A stretch of 64,000 nt of DNA from Candidatus Zhuqueibacterota bacterium (GTDB taxonomy: Bacteria > Zhuqueibacterota > Zhuqueibacteria > JANLFK01 > Oleimicrobiaceae). The notes beneath the pieces were generated by a model. It made no database searches. It had not been told where the DNA came from and saw only the letters and a list, made by a program, of their open reading frames with translations. Made by a program: the position numbers and the translations under genes. The DNA is taken from contig JANLFK010000011.1 of assembly GCA_024655945.1 (NCBI GenBank), forward strand, positions 22,021 through 86,020, read 5' to 3'. How positions within the stretch are numbered: the first letter of the stretch is position 1; each line of letters begins with the position of its first letter. This document shows positions 1 through 8,993 of this stretch, one piece after another.

Positions 1-2
1 TT

Positions 3-1040
3 GCCGTCCAAGTCAGGATAGTCCACCAGCGGCGAGAGATGGGCAGCGGCGGTGATGGACAGCGAGCTGGCAATCATGCATCCCAACATGATTTTCATGC
101 GCAGAGAGCGCGCCATCCAGATCATGCGCAGGGCCTCCTGCAGGCCACCAGCCTTGTCCACCTTGATGTTGATGCCGTCGAACGCCTGCGCCAAGGCAGG
201 AATGTCGTGCGCGCTCTTCACGCTCTCGTCGGCGATGATGGGCAGCGGCGAGCGCTCCCGCACCCAAGCGGTCTCTTCGAGCATGTTGCTGGGCATGGGC
301 TGCTCGACGATTTCCACCCCGTTCTTAGCCAGCCATTCGATCTTTCTGATCGCCACCTCTTTGTCCTTCCAGCCCTCGTTGGCGTCCACCCGGAGCGGTT
401 TGTCGGTCACGCTGCGAATGGCTGCTAAGATCTCTTCGTCGTTAGGCCCGCCCATCTTCGCTTTGAGCAGCGGGTAGGGCTCTGCCTCGCGCACTTTCTG
501 CTTGATCACCTCCGGCGTGTCGATGCCGATGGAGAAAGTGGTGCCCGGCGCCTTCTTAGGGTCCAGGCCAAGGAACCGATAGAAGGGGAGTCCGAGCTTC
601 TTAGCGATCCATTCCATCAGCGCCATGTCCATGGCCGCCTTGGCTGCGGTTTGGCCTTCGCAGACCTTCTGGATGGCCTCTCCCACGTCCACGAAGGTCC
701 AGGGATTGCAACTTTCGAGAATGGGGCGCGCCAACTCGATGGTCTGGATGGTGGACTCGAGCGTTTCGCCGTAGCGGACGTTGTGTGCCGCCTCGCCCAG
801 GCCAAAGATGCCATCCTTCTCAAGCTTGACAAAGACATTGTCCTTGTAGGTACTGGTGTTGCGGCTCAACGTCCAGGCGTGCTGCAGCTGGAGGCGGATG
901 GTCTTGTACGTCAGCGTGAAGGAGCCTGACGATGAGGTGCATCCCGTTGCTCCGAGGGTGCTCATTCCGGCACCGAGGGCCCCAGCGGCCAAGACCGCCT
1001 TGCCGCTTTTCTCAAAGAATTCCTTGCGCGACATGAGCAT
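3..1040 (-). CDS. Dipeptide epimerase (L-Ala-D/L-Glu epimerase-like, enolase superfamily) with N-terminal Tat/lipoprotein-like signal; runs off the left edge
   Basis: Translated by hand (not in ORF track): MLMSRKEFFEKSGKAVLAAGALGAGMSTLGATGC...; KxK (LLKAKMG), DANE, EQP, ADES and NIK enolase-superfamily motifs; AGGAG RBS upstream of ATG 1040. Confidence 0.85.
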   Translation of the reverse strand, partial: MLMSRKEFFEKSGKAVLAAGALGAGMSTLGATGCTSSSGSFTLTYKTIRLQLQHAWTLSRNTSTYKDNVFVKLEKDGIFGLGEAAHNVRYGETLESTIQTIELARPILESCNPWTFVDVGEAIQKVCEGQTAAKAAMDMALMEWIAKKLGLPFYRFLGLDPKKAPGTTFSIGIDTPEVIKQKVREAEPYPLLKAKMGGPNDEEILAAIRSVTDKPLRVDANEGWKDKEVAIRKIEWLAKNGVEIVEQPMPSNMLEETAWVRERSPLPIIADESVKSAHDIPALAQAFDGINIKVDKAGGLQEALRMIWMARSLRMKIMLGCMIASSLSITAAAHLSPLVDYPDLDG

Positions 1041-1095
1041 GCTTTCTCCTCCTGAGTGACAACATAGGAGCCGAGCTCCGCAAGCTCCCTTTGTA

Positions 1096-1123
1096 AAGAT
1101 AGGGAATATTTTCGAAAAGGCAA
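1096..1123 (-). promoter_or_regulatory. Candidate sigma70 promoter for the epimerase
   Basis: Minus strand TTGCCT-N16-TATCTT, about 55 nt upstream of the start. Confidence 0.4.
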
Positions 1124-1186
1124 GGAAAATCTATTCAGTTGACGGCAACTGCTTGGCGAAGGCAGCATGGGGAGTGGCTCTCGCCC

Positions 1187-1579
1187 TCAAAGCTGGATGG
1201 GGAGCGGGCCGAGAATGCCCCGGTTGAGCAGCAGGAGAATGCCCAGCGTGTAGAGCAGGGTGGTCACCACCACGGTGAGCCATTTGCGTCCAGCAAAGTA
1301 GGAGCCGAACAGCTCCTTGCCGCCAAGGTGAAGGAGGGCAAAGCCAGCCAAATTGGAGAGCCAATAGAAACCTACGAAGAGCACCGAGAAGCTGGCGGGG
1401 ATGAGGCGCTCCACCATGCTGGCGAGCAGCCACGCCAAGGGGATATTGAGCGCCGCATCGTTCCACCAGGAAAGAGGTGACAGCAAGTAGCCAAGGCCCA
1501 CCAACAGCCCGCCGCGCAGTCGGACGCGCAGCGGGCGCGAGGTGACCCTTGCCCATACACGTTTCAGCGAGGCCGTCAT
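1187..1579 (-). CDS. Hypothetical membrane protein
   Basis: Three to four hydrophobic segments; LLSPLSWWND..LNIPLA motif; start moved to MTASLKRV. Confidence 0.6.
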   Translation of the reverse strand: MTASLKRVWARVTSRPLRVRLRGGLLVGLGYLLSPLSWWNDAALNIPLAWLLASMVERLIPASFSVLFVGFYWLSNLAGFALLHLGGKELFGSYFAGRKWLTVVVTTLLYTLGILLLLNRGILGPLPIQL

Positions 1580-1669
1580 CTGTGGGCAAGGGAGAGCGTG
1601 CGTGCCGGTGCTCTCCCATGTTCCATCTCTCAGGGCCATCTTTCCTGCGTGCAGGGGATTGGACCGAAT

Positions 1670-2347
1670 TCAGGAGCTCACAAGCTCCGGCTGTCGTTCA
1701 ATGGCGGGGCCGGGCACGCTGTCTTCGCAAACCGGCGGCGCGGGCTTAGCCACAAGGTCGGCAGGGGCCACTATGCCGCCGGAAACGACTAACTTCAAGG
1801 CCCGTTCCACGGAGATCCGCAGGCGGACCACCTGCTCGGCAGGGAAGGCCACCAGCCAGCCTGTGGTCGGTACTGGGACGCGTGGAATGAACACGTTGTA
1901 GAGGTGCAGCACACCTCCCTCCTCCGGCCGCCTGGTCTCGCTGGTGATAAAGCCATAGGCAAAGACCCCCTTGCGGGGATACTCCACCATCACTACCTCC
2001 TTGAAGAGGAGCTTGTTAGGATGGGACACGGCCTGCGTGATCTCCTTCGCCGCCGTGTAGATGCTGCTCACCACCGGAATCCTTTGCAAAAAGCCCTCCA
2101 GCCAGGAAATAGTGCGCCGCCCGGCAAGGTTGGCAGTGAGGAGACCAACAGAGAGCACCACCAGCCCGGTGACCAACACCCCAAAACCCGGGATGTCCCG
2201 GCCGAACAACTGTTCCGGCAGAGGACCGACCAGCCCATCGACGGCGCCGAAGAGGAACTTCAATGCCAGCACGGTGGCCACCAGGGGGACCGTTACCAGG
2301 AGTCCCGCCACGAACCTATCGCCTACTTTTCTTAGAAGCTGCCGCAC
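1670..2347 (-). CDS. DUF502 domain membrane protein
   Basis: FVAGLLVTVPLVAT N-terminus, RIPVVSSIY, VEYPRKG, VFIP..P.PTTG motifs. Confidence 0.85.
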   Translation of the reverse strand: MRQLLRKVGDRFVAGLLVTVPLVATVLALKFLFGAVDGLVGPLPEQLFGRDIPGFGVLVTGLVVLSVGLLTANLAGRRTISWLEGFLQRIPVVSSIYTAAKEITQAVSHPNKLLFKEVVMVEYPRKGVFAYGFITSETRRPEEGGVLHLYNVFIPRVPVPTTGWLVAFPAEQVVRLRISVERALKLVVSGGIVAPADLVAKPAPPVCEDSVPGPAIERQPELVSS

Positions 2348-3095
2348 GTCCCCACCTCACCGACGTTCCACTTTGTGTGCCTATTTGACCTGCAGAGCCT
2401 TGCTCTGCTCATTGATAATTCGCAACTCTCGTGCCGCAGGTTCCGCCAGTTGCTCAAAAAGCCTCAGATCAATGCTAGGCCAAACGCAGGCAACGGCAAA
2501 CGTGCCCTTCGCGGCAAATCGTACCATTCGGGCAAGCTTCTTTTCGCCAAAGCGACCAGCACCGCCGCCGATCTCCTACCTGGCCGCTCTATTTGGGGCG
2601 TCGCAGCCCGCAGTAGCCTCTAGGAAACCACGTGCCAGCACCAGCGCCGCGCACGAGCGCCCCTCCTATCCCAGTCGTACAGCCAGCGCGAGACGCACTG
2701 GGCATCGAAGCCTCCAGCTGAGGCAAGGAATGCCTCTTTGCGTCCCAATCCTTGGCGCCTCGTCGTTCATGGCTCCGGCTAAAGTCCGTTGTGATTGGTG
2801 ATTTTCCAACCAGGGGCTCCAGAATGGCGATCTAAATTTACACAGGTCCGCAGTCGGAATCAACGGGAATCTTGCCCCCAACTCATCCCATGAGGCGGAA
2901 TCATGAAGGAAGGCAACCTCAAACCGAAACTCGTGCTTTGTCTCGGACGCCGAGGTACGCCGGGAGGGAAGGGATGCGTTGGCCTCGACAAAATTCCCCT
3001 TGCAGAAATGCCCGTTTTTTCCTAAATAGATGCGCCAGCGCTGCAGGTGGAGGAGCGGTTTTGTGTGCATTCGACCCAAACCATGGAGGATGGTC

Positions 3096-3977
3096 ATGCT
3101 TGGGAAAGTGGAGCAGGCCCGGCGCGGTCCTGGCCAAGGCCGGGCAGTGATGGTGACGGGGTGTTCGACGGGGATCGGTCGCGCGGTTGCCCTCCACCTT
3201 GCCGCGCGCGGATTCACCGTGTTACCCACGGTCAGGCGGCTGGAGGATGCCGAGGACCTCAGCCGCAGCGGGCCGGGAATCTTCCCTATCTGCCCTTTGG
3301 ATCTGAGCAACCCGCAGCAGGTGGCGGAGGCCGCCCGGAAAGTGACCACAGTGCTTGAGGAGCAACATCTCCCTGGCCTCTATGCCCTCGTGAACAATGC
3401 CGGCGGTGGTGCAATCGCCCCTTTGGAGCTGCTGGATGTGGCCATCCTGCGCCGCGAGTTGGAGACCAGAGTGGTAGGCCCGCTGGCGCTCCTGCAGGCG
3501 CTGCTGCCTGCGGTCCGTGCTGCACGCGGGCGTGTGCTGTGGATCGTTACACCCGGGCTACTTCCTATCCCGTTCGTGGGGAGTATCCACGTGTGCGACT
3601 TTGCCGTCAATTGCTTGGCGCGCACGCTGCGTTTGGAGCTGAGGCCCTGGAGCATTCCTGCGATTCTGGTGCGCTGTGGCGGCATAAAGACGCCGGCGGT
3701 CAGTCGCACTGCCCGACAGCTGGAACAAAGCCTCAGAGAGTGGCCGGCCGAGCGCGCCCAGCTGTATGCGGCTGGCCTGCGGCATGAGCTCGAACAGCTC
3801 GCTGAGTTCGACCGCAAACGGAGTGAGCCGGAGGTGGTTGCAGCGACGGTGTTCAGGGCGCTCATTGCGAAGCGCCCACGTTCGCGCTACACGGTGGGGT
3901 TCATGGCGCGGACAGCAGCCCTGGCGGAGCTTTTGCCCCAGGTGGCGGTGGATAAAATCATGGCGTGGCGCGGCTAA
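3096..3977 (+). CDS. SDR family oxidoreductase with atypical catalytic residues
   Basis: TGCSTGIG and LVNNAG motifs; GGAGG RBS at about 3085. Confidence 0.85.
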   Translation: MLGKVEQARRGPGQGRAVMVTGCSTGIGRAVALHLAARGFTVLPTVRRLEDAEDLSRSGPGIFPICPLDLSNPQQVAEAARKVTTVLEEQHLPGLYALVNNAGGGAIAPLELLDVAILRRELETRVVGPLALLQALLPAVRAARGRVLWIVTPGLLPIPFVGSIHVCDFAVNCLARTLRLELRPWSIPAILVRCGGIKTPAVSRTARQLEQSLREWPAERAQLYAAGLRHELEQLAEFDRKRSEPEVVAATVFRALIAKRPRSRYTVGFMARTAALAELLPQVAVDKIMAWRG

Positions 3978-4032
3978 TGCTGCTTTTGCTCGCGCTTGGG
4001 ATGGTGTTGAACAGCATGAGGACGGGAGAAGC

Positions 4033-4845
4033 ATGATCCAAGAGTGGTTCGTGAACCTGAATCCCGTGGCCCAGGCTTTGGTGGCTACCTGCGGCACGTG
4101 GTTTGTGACCGCCCTAGGCGCAGCTGTGGTTTTGCTGGTGCGAGGGGTGAACCAGAAAGTCCTGGACAGCATGCTTGGCTTCGCGGCCGGAGTGATGATT
4201 GCCGCCAGCTTCTGGTCACTGCTCGCACCGGCCATCGAGATGGCTGCTGAGCAAGGAGGGCCGGCGTGGATTCCCGCTGCCGCAGGCTTTCTCCTGGGCG
4301 CAGGCTTTCTCTGGGTGGTGGACCGCATCTTGCCCCATCTGCACGTGGGTTATCCGATGGAAGAGGCAGAGGGGCTGAAGACCGCCTGGCAACGAAGCGT
4401 CCTCCTCGTCTTGGCGATCACCCTCCACAATATCCCCGAGGGGCTGGCGGTTGGCGTGGCTTTTGGAGCCGCAGGCCAAGGTTTAACTGCGGGCCTTGCC
4501 GGTGCCGTCGCCTTGGCACTGGGGATCGGTCTGCAAAACTTCCCGGAAGGCACGGCCGTCTCCGCCCCCTTGCGCCGAGAGGGGATGAGCGCCGGGCGGA
4601 GCTTCTTTTGGGGGCAACTTTCGGGAGTGGTTGAGCCCGTCGCAGGCGTACTTGGAGCCATGGCCGTCGTTGCTGTGAAATCGCTCCTGCCCTATGCCCT
4701 GGCCTTTGCCGCCGGCGCCATGATCTACGTGGTTGTCGAAGAACTCATCCCTGAGTCACAGCTGGGCAAACACACCCATTTGGCCACGGGTGGATTGGTG
4801 GTCGGCTTTGTCACAATGATGGTGCTGGACGTGGCGCTGGGCTGA
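4033..4845 (+). CDS. ZIP family divalent metal transporter (ZupT/GufA-like)
   Basis: [34 protein letters not shown] motifs; multiple TM helices. Confidence 0.92.
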   Translation: MIQEWFVNLNPVAQALVATCGTWFVTALGAAVVLLVRGVNQKVLDSMLGFAAGVMIAASFWSLLAPAIEMAAEQGGPAWIPAAAGFLLGAGFLWVVDRILPHLHVGYPMEEAEGLKTAWQRSVLLVLAITLHNIPEGLAVGVAFGAAGQGLTAGLAGAVALALGIGLQNFPEGTAVSAPLRREGMSAGRSFFWGQLSGVVEPVAGVLGAMAVVAVKSLLPYALAFAAGAMIYVVVEELIPESQLGKHTHLATGGLVVGFVTMMVLDVALG

Positions 4846-4936
4846 GACCGACTCGTTTGTGCCTAAGCCATGGGTGGTGCGTGGCGGGGCAAGTGCCTTC
4901 GAGGCGCAGGGCAGGACGGCCCTTTGGCGGGATGCT

Positions 4937-5683
4937 TCACAGCCCCCAGCCGCCGGCGACCTCAATGACGGTGCCGGTGATGTAGGAGGCCGCCGGCGAG
5001 GCGAGGAACACGACCGCGCTTGCCACCTCCGCCGCGCTTGCCAGGCGACCTGCGGGGATGCGGGCGGCAAGCTCTCTGGCCTGGGCTTCGGATACCTGAG
5101 GCCCATAGACAAACCCTGGCGCGACCATGTTGACCGTGACGCCGTGACCGGCCTCCTGCTTGGCCAGGGAACGCGTGAGGGACAAGAGGGCCGCCTTGGC
5201 GACGGCATGGGCCCCAATCTGCGCGAAGCCATGCCCAGCTTCCAAGCCTGCCAAGCCCAGGTTCACGATACGTCCATGCCTGCGGCGACGCATACCCGAC
5301 AGTGCAGCCTTGCACAACAAGAAGGCGCTGGTCACGTTGGTTTCCAACATCTCCTGCCATTCCGCTGCCGTTGTCTCTACTAACGGTTTCTGCAAGAAGT
5401 GGCCAACGACGTTGATCAGAATGTCCAGACGGCCAAACCGTCTCTCGACTTCTGCAATCAGGGCGAGGGTCTGGTGCTCGCTGGTCACATCTGCCTGCAC
5501 GGTCAGAGCGCGACGCCCCATGCGCAGTGCTTCCTGCGCCAAGTCTTCTGCCTTCTGCTTGTTTTCGCAGAAACCGATGGCGACATCGGCTCCGGACCGA
5601 GCTAAGCTCATGGTCACGGCGCTTCCGATGCACCCGGTGGCCCCGGTGATCAACGCTACTTGACCGTCGAGTTGGAGGTTCAT
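4937..5683 (-). CDS. SDR family oxidoreductase (FabG/pteridine reductase-like)
   Basis: ITGATGCIG, LDILINVVG, VNMVAPG, YITGTVIEVAGG. Confidence 0.85.
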   Translation of the reverse strand: MNLQLDGQVALITGATGCIGSAVTMSLARSGADVAIGFCENKQKAEDLAQEALRMGRRALTVQADVTSEHQTLALIAEVERRFGRLDILINVVGHFLQKPLVETTAAEWQEMLETNVTSAFLLCKAALSGMRRRRHGRIVNLGLAGLEAGHGFAQIGAHAVAKAALLSLTRSLAKQEAGHGVTVNMVAPGFVYGPQVSEAQARELAARIPAGRLASAAEVASAVVFLASPAASYITGTVIEVAGGWGL

Positions 5684-5767
5684 CTGCAGACCATTGGTGT
5701 GTGGCGAGCAGCGGGAGGCGTGGCAGTGCCGCGGCCCGGGCTGCACTCAGCGCCTCTGGCCAGAGGG

Positions 5768-7756
5768 CTACTCTTGCCGCGGCTCTTCTTCATTCAGCGG
5801 CTGTGCCGACATGACGTGGCGGTCGAACCAGGAGAGTGCCCGCTCCACCCAATGGACCACGTGCGCTGGCTCGTTGCCAAGGTTGTGCCCCTCCCGGGGA
5901 TAGAGCACCAGCTCCACGCTCTTGCCAAGAGCGCTGAGCGCATCTCGCATGTCGATGGCCTCCTGGGAGCGGACCTCTGCGTCCTGTATGCCGTGCAGCA
6001 GGAGCGCTGGCGTCTCGATGAACTTGGCGTAAAGAGCTGGCAAACGTTCAATGTACGGCTTGCCTTCCTGCCAGTAGTTGGTGCCCAAGTAGGTTTTGCC
6101 CCATGCGGCACGCGCCGGGCTCGTGCAATGGCTCAACAAGTTGAATATGCCGCCCATGGCGACTGCAGCACGAAAACGGTCGGTCTGGGTGGTGGCCCAA
6201 TTGACCATGTAGCCCCCATAGCCGATGCCCAGGATGCCCATGCGCACAAAATCGCCGATGCCGATGTCGTCCAAGTACATCACCGCCGCCATGAGGTCGC
6301 GGTAGTCACCGCCGCCGATGTCCAGACGGCAGGCCTGCCCGAACTTCTCGGTGTAGCCCGCGCTTCCCCGCGGGTTGGGCGCCGCCACCAAGTAGCCTCG
6401 GTTGGCAAAGACCTGGAACAGCAATTCCTGGCGCAGGGTATTCACAAAACGTTGGTGGGGTCCATCGTGCACGAAAAGGAGCACCGGACAGCGAATGCCG
6501 GGAACATATCCCACCGGGTAGACCACCACCATTTCTAACTCGTACCCTTCGTTCTGATAGCGGATCACCGTTTGGTTGCCGAGGGAGAAGGGGGCAAGTT
6601 GGGCGGAAAAGTCAGTGAGCTTCTGGAGTTTGCCCTTGCGGTGCACGAAAACCTCGGGCAGGGTGCGGCTGTCTTCCCGCAGGTAGGCGTAGACCTGGCC
6701 CTCTGTCGCCACGCTCAAGCTGCTTACCACGCCGTTGCCTCTGACCACATCCGCGATGCGCCGCGTCGCAGGGAAGACCTGGTAAAGGTAGGTGTGCATC
6801 CCGGCCGGGACGGTCACGTAGACGGATTTGCCATCCCTGGCCCACACCGGGTCACCGACTGCCAAGTCGAGGCGTTCGGTCAGAATCGTTATTCTGCCAG
6901 TGACCAGGTCGATGACGGCCAATTCTGCCTGGCTGCAGAGGGGGTCCGGTGCGGGTCTGGTCAGGCACGCCAGCGAGAGGCCGTCAGGAGAAAAGCGCGG
7001 CGCTGCCGCTGGCCCGGGCAGAGTGGTCAGCTCACGCACTTCGCCGGTCTCCAGGTCCCGCAGGTGTAGACTGCCCCACGGCGCGGTCGTGCCCTCGTCC
7101 TCTGTGCAACAGGCGACTAGCGTGCCGTCCGGCGAGAGGTCAAAGTCGGTGACGCGCGGCCCCAGCGCCATTACTCGACGCCGCTCGCCCTCTGGCACAG
7201 TGGCCATCCACAGCTCATCCACAGGCGTGACCGCCGGCCATACCAGGGGGTCATTGGCAGGCGAGGCAAGTGAGGAGGATGGCCGGGCCACGTAGTAGAG
7301 ACAGTCACCGGTGGCTGCCCACCGGTGGGCGACCACTCGCTCCCCTGCGCTTAGGCACGAGGCCTCGCCACCGTCCGCAGGAATGACCCAGAGGCGCACA
7401 ATGCGACCGGCAGAGGCGTTGGCGCCAGCGGAGGAGCGGTCAGACAAGAAGGCAATGAAACTGCCGTCCGGCGACCAGGAGGGTGCCACCTCCCGGCCGT
7501 CGCCGGTGGTGAGCTGGCGTGGGTCTTCCTGGTCATCGCCAATCAGCCACAGATGTGAAAGGAACCTCTGTCTGGCAAAATCGGCCTCCCTGAGCACATA
7601 CACCAAGCGCGTGCTGTCCGGGGAGAGGGCCACTTGTTCGGGGTAGCGCAGCGAGACGACATCGGTTGCCGTCAGCGGCTTCTGCCCCCATGCAGGCCCC
7701 GCTACCTGCGGTGCCCACGCCGCGAACCAGATGACTGCCACCCCGACGACTCTCAT
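5768..7756 (-). CDS. S9 family peptidase-like secreted protein (beta-propeller plus alpha/beta hydrolase); nucleophile Ser replaced by Gly
   Basis: Signal peptide, SPDG (PD40-like) repeats, NPRGSAGY, HG..D and EGH triad residues; GIGYGG where GxSYGG is expected. Confidence 0.85.
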   Translation of the reverse strand: MRVVGVAVIWFAAWAPQVAGPAWGQKPLTATDVVSLRYPEQVALSPDSTRLVYVLREADFARQRFLSHLWLIGDDQEDPRQLTTGDGREVAPSWSPDGSFIAFLSDRSSAGANASAGRIVRLWVIPADGGEASCLSAGERVVAHRWAATGDCLYYVARPSSSLASPANDPLVWPAVTPVDELWMATVPEGERRRVMALGPRVTDFDLSPDGTLVACCTEDEGTTAPWGSLHLRDLETGEVRELTTLPGPAAAPRFSPDGLSLACLTRPAPDPLCSQAELAVIDLVTGRITILTERLDLAVGDPVWARDGKSVYVTVPAGMHTYLYQVFPATRRIADVVRGNGVVSSLSVATEGQVYAYLREDSRTLPEVFVHRKGKLQKLTDFSAQLAPFSLGNQTVIRYQNEGYELEMVVVYPVGYVPGIRCPVLLFVHDGPHQRFVNTLRQELLFQVFANRGYLVAAPNPRGSAGYTEKFGQACRLDIGGGDYRDLMAAVMYLDDIGIGDFVRMGILGIGYGGYMVNWATTQTDRFRAAVAMGGIFNLLSHCTSPARAAWGKTYLGTNYWQEGKPYIERLPALYAKFIETPALLLHGIQDAEVRSQEAIDMRDALSALGKSVELVLYPREGHNLGNEPAHVVHWVERALSWFDRHVMSAQPLNEEEPRQE

Positions 7757-8979
7757 CTCCAGGCCTCCTTCTTGTGCTGACGCAAGGGCAACACAATCCG
7801 CATGGTCGTGCCCACCCCCACTTTGGTCTCTTTGATGAATAGCCTGCCGTGATGATATTCCTCAACGATGCGTTTGGCAAGGTTTAACCCGAGCCCCCAG
7901 CCGCGTCTCTTGGTGCTGAATCCCGGCTTGAAGATTGCCCGCCTGTGGCGAGGTGGGATCCCTTTGCCATCGTCCTTGACGTCGATGTAGACAGCATCGC
8001 CTCGGTCCGTGAGGCCCACGGAGATCTGTACCATGCCGCGGCTCTCCTGCACCGCCTCCAACGCATTCTTCGCCAAGTTCTCCACCACCCATTCCAGCAA
8101 ATCACGATTGACCGCAACGGGTGGCACCTCCGCGTAGTCCACGATGATCTGCGTCCTGTGTCCCATCTGCGGCAGGCGGCGGCGCAGATAGCTGACGACG
8201 TCGGCCACGATTTCCTGGACTGCCTGTGGTTTCAACTCCTGGTCGGCGCCGATTTGCGAAAAGCGTGCCGCCACCTTCTCCAAGCGCTGCACGTCTCTGC
8301 TCATCTCAACGGCGGTGCGCTGCACCTCCTCAAGGCTGGTGCTCTGCCTGATGAGGTCCAGCCAGCCCATCAATGAGGAGATCGGCGTGCCGAGTTGATG
8401 GGCGGTTTCCTTAGCCATCCCCACCCAGAGGAAGCGCTGCTCGCTTCGCTTGATGGAGCTGTAGCCCACAAAGGCCACCAACACCACCAGTCCGACCACG
8501 GCAATCTCCACATAGGGCAGGTAGCGCAGCTGGGTGATGAGCCGCGAGTCCCCGTAGTAGATGTACCCCAAATCCTGCCCCTGGGCACGAATCACAATGG
8601 GCTTGTTCTCGCGTGCCATGGTGCGCACCATCTTCCTCACCTTGGCAAGGGCGGCTGGCGATCGGTCGCTATCGTCTACACCCACATTCTTCCAGTACTG
8701 CGGCTCATGGTGCACATCGGTCTGGATGGCCGGAAAGTTGATGCGCATGATGACTTCTTCAAAGAAAAAGTTCATAAGTTCACTGCTGTGTTCGTCGTTC
8801 TCGGCGCCGATGATTTTCTCATAGGTGTTTGCCCAGAGGGTGACGATCTGACGGGCATCGGCGCGAAGCCTGTCGACCAGCTGTTGGGTGTAGAGCAGCA
8901 ACACCGCCACTGCCGCGGCGACCAAGACGAAGAGCAGACCCTTGAAGGGACCAGTGCGCGTGTAGATGCTGTTGGCCAT
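7753..8979 (-). CDS. Membrane sensor histidine kinase
   Basis: H-box AKETAHQLGTPISSL, N-box ENLAKNALEA, G1 DDGKGI, F/G2 FKPGFSTKRRGWGLGL; two TM helices; start moved to MANSIYTR. Confidence 0.92.
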   Translation of the reverse strand: MANSIYTRTGPFKGLLFVLVAAAVAVLLLYTQQLVDRLRADARQIVTLWANTYEKIIGAENDEHSSELMNFFFEEVIMRINFPAIQTDVHHEPQYWKNVGVDDSDRSPAALAKVRKMVRTMARENKPIVIRAQGQDLGYIYYGDSRLITQLRYLPYVEIAVVGLVVLVAFVGYSSIKRSEQRFLWVGMAKETAHQLGTPISSLMGWLDLIRQSTSLEEVQRTAVEMSRDVQRLEKVAARFSQIGADQELKPQAVQEIVADVVSYLRRRLPQMGHRTQIIVDYAEVPPVAVNRDLLEWVVENLAKNALEAVQESRGMVQISVGLTDRGDAVYIDVKDDGKGIPPRHRRAIFKPGFSTKRRGWGLGLNLAKRIVEEYHHGRLFIKETKVGVGTTMRIVLPLRQHKKEAWR

Positions 8980-8993
8980 GGCTCCAGCTTTCG

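Noticed and set aside
2348-3090. Possible ncRNA in long intergenic gaps (also 12300-12737 and 47330-47790)
   Set aside because: No tRNA, tmRNA, RNase P, SRP or cobalamin-riboswitch signatures could be recognised by eye; an Rfam/Infernal scan would be needed to exclude one fully.
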